The notes under the pieces were generated by a model. The model worked only from the letters and a program-made list of their open reading frames with translations, had not been told where the DNA came from and did not search any database. Shown here piece after piece: positions 21,536 to 35,118 of a DNA stretch of 64,000 bases. The position numbers were made by a program, and so were the translations under genes. Numbering within the stretch: position 1 is the first letter of the stretch; each line of letters opens with the position of its first letter. This DNA is from Piromyces finnis finn (lineage: Eukaryota > Fungi > Neocallimastigomycota), in the NCBI GenBank assembly GCA_002104945.1, contig MCFH01000021.1, positions 124,001-188,000 of the forward strand, read 5' to 3'.

Positions 21536-23212
21536 TTAGTAATCGCAGCTTTTGTAAATACCGCACCATTCATTGTTTTCAATACCCCATTCACCATTGT
21601 CATCAACACGTTCTGGTTCAACACATTCAGAACAGCATGGGAAACCTAATGGTTCAGACCAGCAAATTTCTTCATCAGCACTGTCAATTTCTTCGTCAGC
21701 ACTGTCGACTTCACCAACATTGATTTCGTCATCACCATCAACTTCAATTTCTTCATCAGCACTACTGATAGCTTCATCAGCAACAAATTGCCAGGTATCG
21801 ACAACAACTTCGTCAGAGGCAACAAAGAAGATGTCCTTAACACCAGAAACACTAACATCAGCAGTAACAGTGACGAATTCATCACCAGTAGCTGGAACGG
21901 TAACGTAACCAATAACTTCACCGTTTTCACTTCCAGAGGTGATTCTAATAGTAGCACCATTGGCAGAGGCAGCTGAAATCTTAACGGAAGTGGCATTGTC
22001 ACCAAATTCAACACCAGAAACACCAGTCCAGGTACCCTTTCTGTAGGTAACAGTGGTGTGACCTAAACCATAAACGGAAACACCAGCTTGCCAAGCCATC
22101 ATTGAGGCGTAGTTGGTACTGTAGGCATCAACATTTGATAATTGTTCAACACCAGCAAGAGTACCAGTAGCATTACGGAAGTTTCCATTGAAGAATGGAA
22201 GTTCATCAACGTGAGTGGTACGGTAACCCTTTTGACTTCCGTAGACTTGGACATTGAGCCATTCAGCGTGGTAGAAGATGTACCACTTACCCTTGAATTC
22301 AATAATAGTGTGGTGGTTGTTACCGGTAGTTCCGAAGAAATCACCTGGGTTGTTAAGAAGAGTACCTTGGAAGGTGAATGGACCTAATGGATTTTCACTA
22401 GTCATGTAAGCAATCTTAGCATTACCGTATGGTCCGTTATCCCAGTTGACACAGTAAGAGTAGACGTAAGAGTCACCAACCTTGTTAATACCAGAGTCTT
22501 CAAAGACCCATGGAGCTTCAATGGTTTGTGGAATACCATCAATACTAATCATATCATCACCTAACTTAGCAGCACGAGTGGTTCTTGGGTCACTAGCTTG
22601 ACCTTCTGGAACACCACCACCGAAGTAAAGGTAACCAGTACCATCATCATCAACAAATACAGCTGGATCGAATAACCAAACAATATCACCACAGTTTGGA
22701 ACATCAAATGAAACAAGTGGTCCACCAATTGGATCAACAAATGGACCTGTTGGAGAATCACTACTTAAAACACCAACACCATTACCACTGTTAGCAAAGT
22801 AAAGGAAGAACTTTTCCTTACCATTAATCTTCTTGTGAGCAGCAGCTGGAGCCCATGAGTTGACAGCCCACTTAGCAGCACCATTTTCACCGGCTGCTGG
22901 AATGGAACCGTGATCAACCCAGTTAATTAAATCGTCAGAAGACATAACATTAATAGTGTTAATTTGTTGGTAAGTGTTATCTTCTGGATTATCACCTAAC
23001 TCATCGGCATGACCATCATTAGTACCGTAAACGTAAACTCTACCATCATAGACCATAACACCTGGATCAGCACTGTATTTAAGAGTACTAAGTGGGTTGT
23101 GGTTCTTTAAGTCTTTTAAAGACTTGGCGGTTTCAATACCGCTGAAGACATCGTTAGCACTAGCGAAAGCGCTAAAAACAGTAACAAATAATAAGAATAA
23201 AACGGTTTTCAT
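21536..23212 (-). CDS. Secreted GH43 arabinoxylan arabinofuranohydrolase (XynD-like) + CBM6 + fungal dockerin (CBM10-like); intronless
   Basis: Signal peptide; SADPGVMVYDGRVYVYG, WAPAA, WLFDPAVFVDDDGTGYLY, FEDSG, GNNHH. CBM6-like region (GVEFGDNATS..). Acidic SADEEI linker. Dockerin CWSEPLGFPCC..D.NGEWGIENNEWCGI. Confidence 0.93.
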   Translation of the reverse strand: MKTVLFLLFVTVFSAFASANDVFSGIETAKSLKDLKNHNPLSTLKYSADPGVMVYDGRVYVYGTNDGHADELGDNPEDNTYQQINTINVMSSDDLINWVDHGSIPAAGENGAAKWAVNSWAPAAAHKKINGKEKFFLYFANSGNGVGVLSSDSPTGPFVDPIGGPLVSFDVPNCGDIVWLFDPAVFVDDDGTGYLYFGGGVPEGQASDPRTTRAAKLGDDMISIDGIPQTIEAPWVFEDSGINKVGDSYVYSYCVNWDNGPYGNAKIAYMTSENPLGPFTFQGTLLNNPGDFFGTTGNNHHTIIEFKGKWYIFYHAEWLNVQVYGSQKGYRTTHVDELPFFNGNFRNATGTLAGVEQLSNVDAYSTNYASMMAWQAGVSVYGLGHTTVTYRKGTWTGVSGVEFGDNATSVKISAASANGATIRITSGSENGEVIGYVTVPATGDEFVTVTADVSVSGVKDIFFVASDEVVVDTWQFVADEAISSADEEIEVDGDDEINVGEVDSADEEIDSADEEICWSEPLGFPCCSECVEPERVDDNGEWGIENNEWCGIYKSCDY

Positions 23213-26200
23213 TTTTATTTTTTTTTTTGAAAGTTGATGAAAAATTATTGTAATTAAAAAATAATTATTTTTACTATTAAATATTCACCAATATTTTTTT
23301 TTTAAATTTATTTTATATTTATTTTCTATGTTAGTTTTATTCCTATTTACTAACTATTGCTGATATAAAATAATTCTAAATTTTTTTTTTAGTATTTATA
23401 AATATTTAATATTAAATATTTATATATATTAAATAGTTTTATTTTAAAAAAAAAATAGAAGAAAATCTGCAGAATATTTATATGATTTTCTTTTTTTATA
23501 CATATAAATAATATATATTTTGTAAGTGTTACATTATATTAAAAATTAAAATACTCTTTTAGTATTAATTAAAGTTTCTCATTTCATTTGTCAAAAAAAG
23601 GAAAAGGGAGTCAAAAAATAAATTAATATTTCATTTTGTTTATTGGTTTACTAGATTTACCTCTATAAATTAATATATTTAAAGGTTGTATCTTTTAAAA
23701 AAGCATATTTTTAATAAATCCATATTTATTAAGAAATATTATATTTTAATAATTAAATCGACGATCAATTTTCCTTTTACTAACAACAATTAAAAATAAA
23801 GTTTTATTACAAAATTCACTTTTAAACCTTTTTTGTTTGTAAAAATAAGTATAAATTAAAAATATGATATTGTAAAAAATATGAGTAATTTTTTTTTATT
23901 GATGTAATAGATAAATAATATTTATGAAAATATAGAAAAGAGAAAATAATAAAATATAGTCAAATTTTATTATTACTATTAAAAAATATTTCATTAAATT
24001 CATATTTTGGTTTATTAAATAAATAAAAGTATATTTAGCAAATTTTTAATAATAAAAATATTTGCCGTTTTTTAATAATAAATATAATTTTTTATATTGT
24101 ATTTATAATAATAAAATTTGGAAGAATTTAAAAATTTAAAAACAAAGTAAAAATAAATTTATTATTAGTATTTAATTTTATAGAAATGACTTATATTGTA
24201 TTTATATAAATAATAGTTATGTTTATTTGAATCTTTATTCATTATCAATTGTTGTTTATATAATTATTTATAATAAATTACTAACAAACGTAATAATATT
24301 TAATATAAATATAAATTAAATTATTATAAGTATCTTTGTGTTAATTTTTTCAAAAATTTATTAAATCTCTTAAATCTATACTAAAAAATAATTATGTGAT
24401 AGGTTTAATATTAATTAAAATTACTTTATAATTACATTAAACTAGAAAAGATCATAATTAATCTTTCCATTTATATATTCTTATTGGTTAATATATTAAA
24501 ATTACTTAAAAGGGCAACTATATTAAATTAACTATTTCCTTTTTTTTATAATAATTTATTGACTCATTGAAAGGATTTTTTATTTTTTATTAAATAAATA
24601 TTATGTATGTTTTTCAATTAATTTTTAAATTTCATAATACTTTAATAAGATAAAATAATGTTGCACAAAATATATTATTAATATCTTAAATTATTATTAA
24701 AAAAATTTATTTATTCTATAAGTAAAAATGGTAAATAATTTTTAATTAAAAATATACAATCAATATTGTATAATTTTCATTAAAAATAAATAAATTCAAA
24801 ACTACAATGTATTAATTAACCCTTCTTTAAGTTTATTTAATAAATAAATGAAATTACTCTTTATTTATTTTATTAAATTTATCATATAACTTAATGTTGG
24901 TATCTAGTTTATTACTATTATAAATTCATAAAATATAAATATTATTATGTTATTTATACAGTTTTTATAATATTCATTTATTTCCATAATTACTTATTTT
25001 ATTTTATCATACTTATTAAAATTTATATGAAGATTTTTTATTATAAAATATCTTAACCAATTAATTTTAATATACTAAAAAATAGTATAATTTAAATAAA
25101 AAAATTAATAATTTTATAGGAGTAAGATATATTATGATATATTTAATATAAAAATTAATGTAAATCAAAAAATTTAATATTAATTAAACTTTATTACCTT
25201 CTCCTTAAACCGAAAATTGAAAAATATCCATATTTTTCATATTTATTACTGGATAAAATAAAGATAAGTAATAACATTTTAATTATAAATATAAAAATAA
25301 GTTAACTCATAAATTCAATAAAAAATAGTAAAATTTTAATTATACATTTTAGTAAAATATATATTGAAATAATAAACATTAAATTATTTTTTAATTATAT
25401 AATTACTATTATAAAATATTTAACAATATATTATTCCTTATTTATTATAGTTTTAAACCAAAAAAAATTTTTAATTCTTTTTACCTTTTTTTTTTTTTTT
25501 TTAACAAAAATTTATTGCTTTTTAACTTTAAAATAATCTTTATACATTTTTTTTTTTTTCAATATTAAAATTATTATTATATTTTTCCTTCATTGTTAAA
25601 TTAATTGTCTATTTAATGAATAATTAATCTGTATCTTTCCAAAATTAAAAATTTAATTTATGTAAATTATGAGTAAATCTAAACAATGTTAAACTACAAT
25701 ATAAGAATTTTTTTTAAACTTATATAACATTAAATATATAATAACAAGAAATTGATATGGCATTCAATAAAAACTAAGCTCAATTTCTTCCCTATATTTT
25801 ATATCAAAGGAATAATAATTTACCTATTGTTCCTTAATAAAATATTTGCAATAAGAAAACAATATTTTTTTTTTAAAATTTTTAAATATATTAATTTATA
25901 GAGGTAAATCTAGTAAACCAATAAACAAAATGAAATATTAATTTATTTTTTGACTCCCTTTTCCTTTTTTTGACAAATGAAATGAGAAACTTTAATTAAT
26001 ACTAAAAGAGTATTTTAATTTTTAATATAATGTAACACTTACAAAATATATATTATTTATATGTATAAAAAAAGAAAATCATATAAATATTCTGCAGATT
26101 TTCTTCTATTTTTTTTTTAAAATAAAACTATTTAATATATATAAATATTTAATATTAAATATTTATAAATACTAAAAAAAAAAATTTAGAATTATTTTAT

Positions 26201-26352
26201 ATCAGCAATAGTTAGTAAATAGGAATAAAACTAACATAGAAAATAAATATAAAATAAATTTAAAAAAAAAATATTGGTGAATATTTAATAGTAAAAATAA
26301 TTATTTTTTAATTACAATAATTTTTCATCAACTTTCAAAAAAAAAAATAAAA

Positions 26353-28029
26353 ATGAAAACCGTTTTATTCTTATTATTTGTTACTGTTTTTAGCGCTTTC
26401 GCTAGTGCTAACGATGTCTTCAGCGGTATTGAAACCGCCAAGTCTTTAAAAGACTTAAAGAACCACAACCCACTTAGTACTCTTAAATACAGTGCTGATC
26501 CAGGTGTTATGGTCTATGATGGTAGAGTTTACGTTTACGGTACTAATGATGGTCATGCCGATGAGTTAGGTGATAATCCAGAAGATAACACTTACCAACA
26601 AATTAACACTATTAATGTTATGTCTTCTGACGATTTAATTAACTGGGTTGATCACGGTTCCATTCCAGCAGCCGGTGAAAATGGTGCTGCTAAGTGGGCT
26701 GTCAACTCATGGGCTCCAGCTGCTGCTCACAAGAAGATTAATGGTAAGGAAAAGTTCTTCCTTTACTTTGCTAACAGTGGTAATGGTGTTGGTGTTTTAA
26801 GTAGTGATTCTCCAACAGGTCCATTTGTTGATCCAATTGGTGGACCACTTGTTTCATTTGATGTTCCAAACTGTGGTGATATTGTTTGGTTATTCGATCC
26901 AGCTGTATTTGTTGATGATGATGGTACTGGTTACCTTTACTTCGGTGGTGGTGTTCCAGAAGGTCAAGCTAGTGACCCAAGAACCACTCGTGCTGCTAAG
27001 TTAGGTGATGATATGATTAGTATTGATGGTATTCCACAAACCATTGAAGCTCCATGGGTCTTTGAAGACTCTGGTATTAACAAGGTTGGTGACTCTTACG
27101 TCTACTCTTACTGTGTCAACTGGGATAACGGACCATACGGTAATGCTAAGATTGCTTACATGACTAGTGAAAATCCATTAGGTCCATTCACCTTCCAAGG
27201 TACTCTTCTTAACAACCCAGGTGATTTCTTCGGAACTACCGGTAACAACCACCACACTATTATTGAATTCAAGGGTAAGTGGTACATCTTCTACCACGCT
27301 GAATGGCTCAATGTCCAAGTCTACGGAAGTCAAAAGGGTTACCGTACCACTCACGTTGATGAACTTCCATTCTTCAATGGAAACTTCCGTAATGCTACTG
27401 GTACTCTTGCTGGTGTTGAACAATTATCAAATGTTGATGCCTACAGTACCAACTACGCCTCAATGATGGCTTGGCAAGCTGGTGTTTCCGTTTATGGTTT
27501 AGGTCACACCACTGTTACCTACAGAAAGGGTACCTGGACTGGTGTTTCTGGTGTTGAATTTGGTGACAATGCCACTTCCGTTAAGATTTCAGCTGCCTCT
27601 GCCAATGGTGCTACTATTAGAATCACCTCTGGAAGTGAAAACGGTGAAGTTATTGGTTACGTTACCGTTCCAGCTACTGGTGATGAATTCGTCACTGTTA
27701 CTGCTGATGTTAGTGTTTCTGGTGTTAAGGACATCTTCTTTGTTGCCTCTGACGAAGTTGTTGTCGATACCTGGCAATTTGTTGCTGATGAAGCTATCAG
27801 TAGTGCTGATGAAGAAATTGAAGTTGATGGTGATGACGAAATCAATGTTGGTGAAGTCGACAGTGCTGACGAAGAAATTGACAGTGCTGATGAAGAAATT
27901 TGCTGGTCTGAACCATTAGGTTTCCCATGCTGTTCTGAATGTGTTGAACCAGAACGTGTTGATGACAATGGTGAATGGGGTATTGAAAACAATGAATGGT
28001 GCGGTATTTACAAAAGCTGCGATTACTAA
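26353..28029 (+). CDS. Second, identical GH43-CBM6-dockerin gene (inverted copy)
   Basis: 558-aa translation identical to 21536-23212. Confidence 0.93.
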   Translation: MKTVLFLLFVTVFSAFASANDVFSGIETAKSLKDLKNHNPLSTLKYSADPGVMVYDGRVYVYGTNDGHADELGDNPEDNTYQQINTINVMSSDDLINWVDHGSIPAAGENGAAKWAVNSWAPAAAHKKINGKEKFFLYFANSGNGVGVLSSDSPTGPFVDPIGGPLVSFDVPNCGDIVWLFDPAVFVDDDGTGYLYFGGGVPEGQASDPRTTRAAKLGDDMISIDGIPQTIEAPWVFEDSGINKVGDSYVYSYCVNWDNGPYGNAKIAYMTSENPLGPFTFQGTLLNNPGDFFGTTGNNHHTIIEFKGKWYIFYHAEWLNVQVYGSQKGYRTTHVDELPFFNGNFRNATGTLAGVEQLSNVDAYSTNYASMMAWQAGVSVYGLGHTTVTYRKGTWTGVSGVEFGDNATSVKISAASANGATIRITSGSENGEVIGYVTVPATGDEFVTVTADVSVSGVKDIFFVASDEVVVDTWQFVADEAISSADEEIEVDGDDEINVGEVDSADEEIDSADEEICWSEPLGFPCCSECVEPERVDDNGEWGIENNEWCGIYKSCDY

Positions 28030-30784
28030 ATCTGAAAAACAGGAAAGAAAAAGAAAAACAACTAGATTTTCATTGAAAATATAATTTATATTTCTTCTTT
28101 AAATAATTAAAAAAAAAAAAAAGAATTAAAAAACAATGGAATAATTAAAAATATTCATTGGGATTAAATGATATAAAAGGTTTTTATTTAAAAAGAAGAA
28201 AAAAAAATGGTTATTTCGATAATAATCATATATACACCATAATTTTATATTTTAGAAAATATTTATATATATTAAATATTATAAAAAAAAAACAACAATA
28301 ATTTCTTTTATTATATCGTTTAGAAAAAAATCTGATCTTTTCAATATTAGAGTAGTAAAAAAAAAAAAAAAAATGTAAATATTTTTTTTTTACTTTATGA
28401 AGGAATTATTTATGTAATGTAAAAATAAAAATGTAAAGAAAATAAATAAATAAAAATATAAAATAAATAAATAAAAAATAAAAAATAAAAAATAGTTAAA
28501 TAGTTAAACAAGTATATTCCTATACTTTTTTAACTATTGAAGTAAATGTGTAATAAACAAACCTATGTGTAAACCTATGTGAATTATCTAGAATTTAGTA
28601 CAAAAATTTAATTAATTTTTAGTAAAATATATATATATATATTAGTAATAACAACAACAATTATAAAATAATGCTTGTCATGGTATTTGTTATAAGATTG
28701 ATATCAAATTTTAATTTAAACCTTTAAATTTTCAAAATATAATGTTGTTATAAAAAAAATAAATAATGAATAATTAATAAATAAAATGGTTAAATTGTTA
28801 TTTATAAAATTTTATATTATTTAGCAATATATATATAAAGAAATATATAATTTTAATAAAAAAAGAAGAAAGTGTATTTTTTAAGACGATTTATTCTTGA
28901 TTTTAGAATCTTCTTTCTCTTTCATTATTTAAACTTTATAAAGCAATTTATTTGATGTTGTTTTTTTTTTAGTAATATATATTTATATATCTATTAAATA
29001 AAGATAAGAAAAATTATTTATAACTGCATTTTTATATTTATTCTATATAAAACTCTAGTATATGATACAAAACATTTGTATAAAAATATTTACAGTTTAT
29101 TGAGATTATATGTCTCAATATATATAAGAAACTTGTGTTTTTTCTTTTTTTCTACTGAGTCTCTATAAAATGTACTTTTAATTGGTTTAGTAAAAATACT
29201 TAACGAAATTTAGAACATTGACATCGTACTGATATGACAAAAAAAAAAAAATTCTAAATAATAGGTACACAAGGACCAATTTATTAAATAAGAATATATC
29301 CTAAACAATTTATTTTGTAAAGTATATCAAGTAGTTAAGTAATTTAAATAATTTTTTTTTTTGGTTCATTTATTTATTATAATTTTATGATATTAATAAA
29401 TTTAATATAACAGAAAAATGAATTCTCTTCCTAGTCTTATAAAAAAGTTGTTTATTATATATAGATTATAAATATTATTATATGAAAAATTCTGGAATTA
29501 TTATTATTATTACAAATAATATACAAGAGTTATACTGGTGACGTTTAGATTAATTATTTCGTGTATTTTTAATTGAAATATTTATTAAATTAGTTGAAAG
29601 GTTAAATATCAAAATGAAATATTAAAATGTTGTTATTAGAGAATTTATTATAAATAAAGAAATATACGTTATATTAAAAATGAATAAATATATAATGTAT
29701 AATAATAATTTTATCTATTGAAGTTCAAAGTATTTTTTAATATATTTTATTTCTTTTTTAAAAATATTTCATAATTATCCCTGTATATTTATCCAGAACT
29801 TATATTTTTCTGGTATAATTTTTCTGGTAAATTTTTTACACATTAGAGCAGAGATAGTAAATCATAATTAAAGTATTAATTCCTCAATATATGGTTTAAA
29901 TTATTATAACTTAATTTGTATATCCTTTTGTTCATATAATACAATTTAAATATAAAAAGAAATTATATATATGTTAATAAAAAAAACTTTATAATATAAT
30001 ATATCATTACATTAATATTTTTTTAAGTACAATCGAAAAAAATAAGGAAAAAAAAGAACAATAAATAAATTTATTTTTATTAAAGAAAATATTGTAATAG
30101 AATCTTTCTTTCTTTATAATCATAAATAATGTTTAAATGATATAAAGAAAAATCAATAGTGAAATAGTTAATAAAAATTATAATTTTATTATATTATAAT
30201 CCATTAGTTTTATTACTTTAATACTATTTTAATATATTTCAATTTTATTTATCAATTCAAATATTTTAATGATAAATATTATATCTATTTGAATATTCAT
30301 AATTATTTATTTTATTTCTATCTTTTGACATTTCGTATTTACAAAAGATAACTTCTTTTAAAACAAAAACTTATTAAAATTTTGAATATTCAAAAATATA
30401 TATATACAATTTTAATAATTTAAAATTTCAAAATTAATAAATAATTTAATTAATATTCAATTATATACTTCATCATATATTATATAAATTTAATTATTTT
30501 AGAATTCTGGTTTTTTAATTTAAAAGAAATAAAAATTATTAATATAATTTTTATGTAAATTTTATATATTTAATTATTTTATTAAAAAATAATTATTTTA
30601 AAAAATAAATAAAAAAAAAAAAGTATTTTAATAAACCATCTAAATTAAAATACAGTAGTTGTTAATTCTTGTTTATTACATATATTTTTTATATAATAAA
30701 CTAAAAAAAATATTAAATAAAGCTTAAATACCTTTAATATATTAATTATTTTTTATTTTTTTTATTTTTATAGCATAAATCAAA

Positions 30785-33178
30785 ATGGTAAAGAATTCAA
30801 CTTTATTATTATTTTTATTAACTGAAATATACATTCAATTTATTATCCATCAAATCTAAAATTCAAAATAATTATAATGAAAAAAAAAAAAAAAAGGATA
30901 GATTATAAATGATATATAAAAATAAAAATATGAGTATATAAAAAAACAATAATGAAAATTAAATTATGATTTTTAATGGATTTTATACTTTCTACTACCA
31001 AAACAATGAATAATTAGCAAATAACTATGACTTTTTTTTTTTTTTTTTTTTTTTTTTTGCTATTTAAAAAAAAAAAAAAATAAAAATAAAAAGTATCATA
31101 ATGAGTAAATAATTAATTATATATTAAAATGAATGTTTATCAATTGAACGCTTTACATTTCATATGTGATAAAAAAAAAAAAGAAGGAACTAAGGAATAT
31201 AATATATAAAAAAAAAGACATTTAAATAGAAATAACTCTAAATGACATTTACTTGATCAAGTTAATAAATGTTACAATGTTAAGAATTTAATCTTATTCT
31301 TATTAAATAAAATAAAATTTGTTTATTATTTTTTTAAAAAAAATAATCAACAATTGGAATTTCTTAATAATAAATTATTTCAAACTGAAAATGAAAATAT
31401 TTTATTTTTCTTAATAAAAAAAATAGTAAAATAAAGAGTATATGATATGATATTTTAAAAACATTAAATTAAAATTACTATTTTTATTGTTATTTATTAA
31501 TTAAAACAGTTCAGAAATCAATACGATAGTGATATTACTATTTGGAGTCCACAAGGTAGAATTCATCAAATTGAATATGCCATGGAAGCTGTCAAGCAAG
31601 GATCAGCTGCTGTTGGTTTAAGATCTAATGAATATGCTGTGATTTTAGGTTTAAAGGTATTGAAAATATTTTTTATTATTTTAAATATTATATCATTATA
31701 ATTTTAAAACCTTTTATTTAAAATGAAACACAAAACAAAATTTACATTCATTATTTGTAAAAAAAAAAAAAGCCTTGAATTTTAAATAATAAAATTTATA
31801 AATATATTAAAAAAAATAATAATAATAAAAATTTAAAAGAGATCATCAGATGAATTAGCCGCTTACCAAAAGAAATTAATTAGAATTGACGATCATATGG
31901 GTATTGCTATTGCTGGTTTAACCTCTGATGCTCGTGTTTTAAGGTAAATAGTTTAGATGTTAAAAATAGTTATTAAATAATACTATTAAAATAGTCCATT
32001 AATATATATTTTTTTAAATTATTTTATTTTATTTCATTATGAATTTATATAAAAATTTTAAATCTACAATTCAAAATTATTAAATATCAATTTAACAAAA
32101 TATAAAATATACAAATTTTATAAAGTAATTTTATGAGAAATGAATGTATGAAGTCAAAGCTTAATTTCAATAGACCACTTCCAGTTGAAGATGTTGTTAC
32201 TTCTTTAAGTGAAAGTAAATACTTTTATCAACAAATTATTTTCAGAAATTATATAGAATAAATTTTAATGACGTTGAAATAAATAAAATTACAATAACAA
32301 TTATACATTACAAGAAATTTAAATTATTAATATATCATATTTTAATATAATTATAATAACAATAACTTTATAGAGTCACAAGTCAATACCCAACAATATG
32401 GTAAGAGACCATATGGTGTTGGTTTACTTATTGCTGGTTATGATGTAAATTATTATAATATTAATATTTTAAGATATAACTAATCCAGAAATATAATTGA
32501 TTCTTTGGTACAATTCAATATTAACATTTTTTATTAACAATTACATAAAAAATTCTAAAGAAAACCGGTCCACATTTATATGAATATTCTCCATCTGGTA
32601 ACTGCTACGATTATATTGCCATGTCTATTGGTTCTAGATCCCAATCTGCCAGAACATATTTTGAAAAATTCTATAAAACTTTTGCTGAAGGTAATTATCA
32701 AAGTTTATTAATGAATAAATGATTTAAATAAGCTTTATTATTATTAAAAAAATTTTTTAAAGAAAAAAAAACTATAATGATAAACTTTGTATTATTTATC
32801 CTAATTTTTATTTTATTTTTATTTTTATTTTAAAAAAAAATGATATATATACATATATTATACATGTATAATAATTATCCAACAACGAAATTTTTAAATT
32901 TGAAAATATAAAAAGCTTCACTTGATGATTTAATTAAACATGGTCTTAGAGCTCTCAGAGATACCGTTCAACAAGATAAAGAATTAACTATTCATAACTG
33001 TTCTCTTGGTATTGTTGGTAAAGATAAGAAATTTGTTATTATTGAAGAAGAAGACTTAAAGCCATATTTAGATATGATTGAAGAAGATAATGTTCCAGCT
33101 GCTACTGAAGCTACTACTGATGATGCTCAACCAATGGATACTGATACTCCAGGAAACACTGCTATGGATACCGAATAA
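30785..33178 (+). CDS. PRE5: 20S proteasome subunit alpha-6 (PSMA1/Pre5), 7 exons
   Basis: ATG|GTAAAG at 30785, then an exon from 31510 encoding [31 protein letters not shown]. Later motifs [27 protein letters not shown] and [10 protein letters not shown]. Stop at 33176-33178. Confidence 0.93.
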
Positions 33179-33794
33179 ATTATTTGACCAATAATTTTTT
33201 TTTTTTTTCTTAATTAAAAAAAAAAATAATAATAATAATACAATAAAACCTTCATATAATAATAAAAGAAAAAAGCATATATTTTTATATAAAAAAGTTA
33301 TTTAAAAAAAAACACAATTAAAACTAATATATATAAACAATTACAATTAATAACGAAGGGAAAAAAATTACAATCAATAATTCATTAACAAAAAAAAAAT
33401 AATTTTCATATATATATATATATAACATATAAAGAAATAAAAAATAAATAATAATAATAAAAAAATATTAAAAAAAAAAAAAAAGACTTCCTTAATTTTT
33501 ATAATCTTTGTAAAAATAAATTTTAATAATTATAGTTTTTTTTTTTTTTTAATTTTTGACAAAATTATATACTTAAAATTAAATTTAATTAAAACTTTAT
33601 ATCATATGGATTATAAATAAATGGACACTTTTTTTTTATTTATTATTTTTTTTAAAAATAAAAAAAAAAGTTTTAATTACTAATCGACATAATTAAAAAT
33701 AATAATAAAAAAACTCTATTTTTTAATTAATAACAACAATAATAAAAAGAAACACATACTTTTATATATATATATATATATATAAAAAGGAAAA

Positions 33795-33946
33795 ATGAAT
33801 AAACAAGCTGAAGAAGACAAGAGAAAAAAATTAGAAATTGGTCAAGTAAGAATTAAATTTTAATAATAAATTGTTTTGAATGCAATATTTTAAATGTTTA
33901 TTTTTCTTTTTATAAATTAGTTATAAAGTTTATATTGATTATTATG

Positions 33947-34029
<83 letters not shown>

Positions 34030-35118
34030 CTCTATTTTATTATATATATATGAACTAATATTATCATAATAGGAAAATCGTTTAAAAGGAAATGAATATT
34101 TTAAAGAAAAAGACTATAAAAAAGGTATACAAATATAATATATTAATTATCATTATAATAATAAAAATAACTAACAAAGATAAAACACTTTTTTTTTTTT
34201 TTTCGTAAAATTTACTATTTTAATTGAAATTTATTTATAGCTTTAAAAAGTTATTATACTGTAAGTAAAAAATACATATACAATACCTTTAAGTACTAAA
34301 TAATAAAAATAAATAAATAAAAAAGTATTTTATAAAATTAAATTTAATTATGCTTTGTAAAAATCTTTTTTCATATACTACTAGGCTCTTTTATATACCA
34401 CTGGATTAAAATCTAATTTAGAATTTGGACCAAAAGTTAATAATGAACAATTAAATGATGATATTGACAAATGTTTAATTTCTATATATAATAATATGGC
34501 TCTCTGTCAAATGAAGATTGAAAAATATGAAAGAGCAGTTCAATCTTGTACAAAGGTAATTTCATAATAAAAAATGATGTTGCTTATTCAATTGTAGTTG
34601 TATTTAATATTTAAAGTAAAATATATATCACTATAATATGCTTTATAAAGAGAAGAATGTTTTTATATAAGAATTTAGAATTTTTGTTTATATATATTAA
34701 TTATTTTTGATTTAATATTATTTATTTTTAATTTCAAAATTTCTAAATAAAATCATTTTAATTTTTAATTTTCAAGTCAAAATTATCATTTTAATATTTA
34801 AAATATATAATGTTATGATAACTAATTATTAATAAATATTTGATTTTTATATTTATTACTGTAATATTTTTAATAATAATAAAGGTTTTAGAGATTGAAG
34901 ATTTTAATGATAAGGCACTTTATAGAAGAGGAAAATCATACTTGGCTCTTCAAAAATTTGATTTAGCAGAAAAAGACTTAAAGAAAGCATCTAATATTAA
35001 TAGCAATGATAGTGGTATTAAAGAAGCTTTAAATTTATTAAAAAAGGAAAAAGCAAAGTATGAAAAAGAAAAGAATGAAGAAATGAAAAAATTATCAAAG
35101 AAAATGTTTGAAAAATAG
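33795..35118 (+). CDS. Small TPR protein (TTC9/FKBP-TPR-like, no PPIase domain), multi-exon
   Basis: Motifs KGNEYFKEKDY, NNMALCQMKIEKYERAVQSCTK and KALYRRGKSYLALQKFDLAEKDL; GT-AG introns. Confidence 0.82.
33950..34028. repeat. (TTA)n microsatellite in TPR gene intron
   Basis: Direct reading. Confidence 0.9.

Larger units (their letters stand above)
20900..28665. repeat. Large inverted duplication: arms 20900-23683 and 25881-28665, with a 2.2-kb AT-rich spacer
   Basis: Arms are reverse complements (outer ends and CDS ends both sum to 49565). The only difference seen is a T10 vs A11 homopolymer. Confidence 0.93.

Noticed and set aside
23684-25880. Spacer of the inverted repeat as a hidden gene, centromere or origin
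   Set aside because: No ORF, repeat unit or RNA motif visible; indistinguishable from other AT-rich intergenic DNA here.
21573-27992. Numerous small overlapping ORFs in the GH43 genes (and similar ones inside the LINEs, Hsp70-like, HAD and DnaJ genes)
   Set aside because: Shadow ORFs caused by codon bias on alternate frames and strands; no independent motifs.
29070-29092. Small hairpin ATTGAGA-N7-TCTCAAT
   Set aside because: Expected by chance in very AT-rich DNA; no supporting context.
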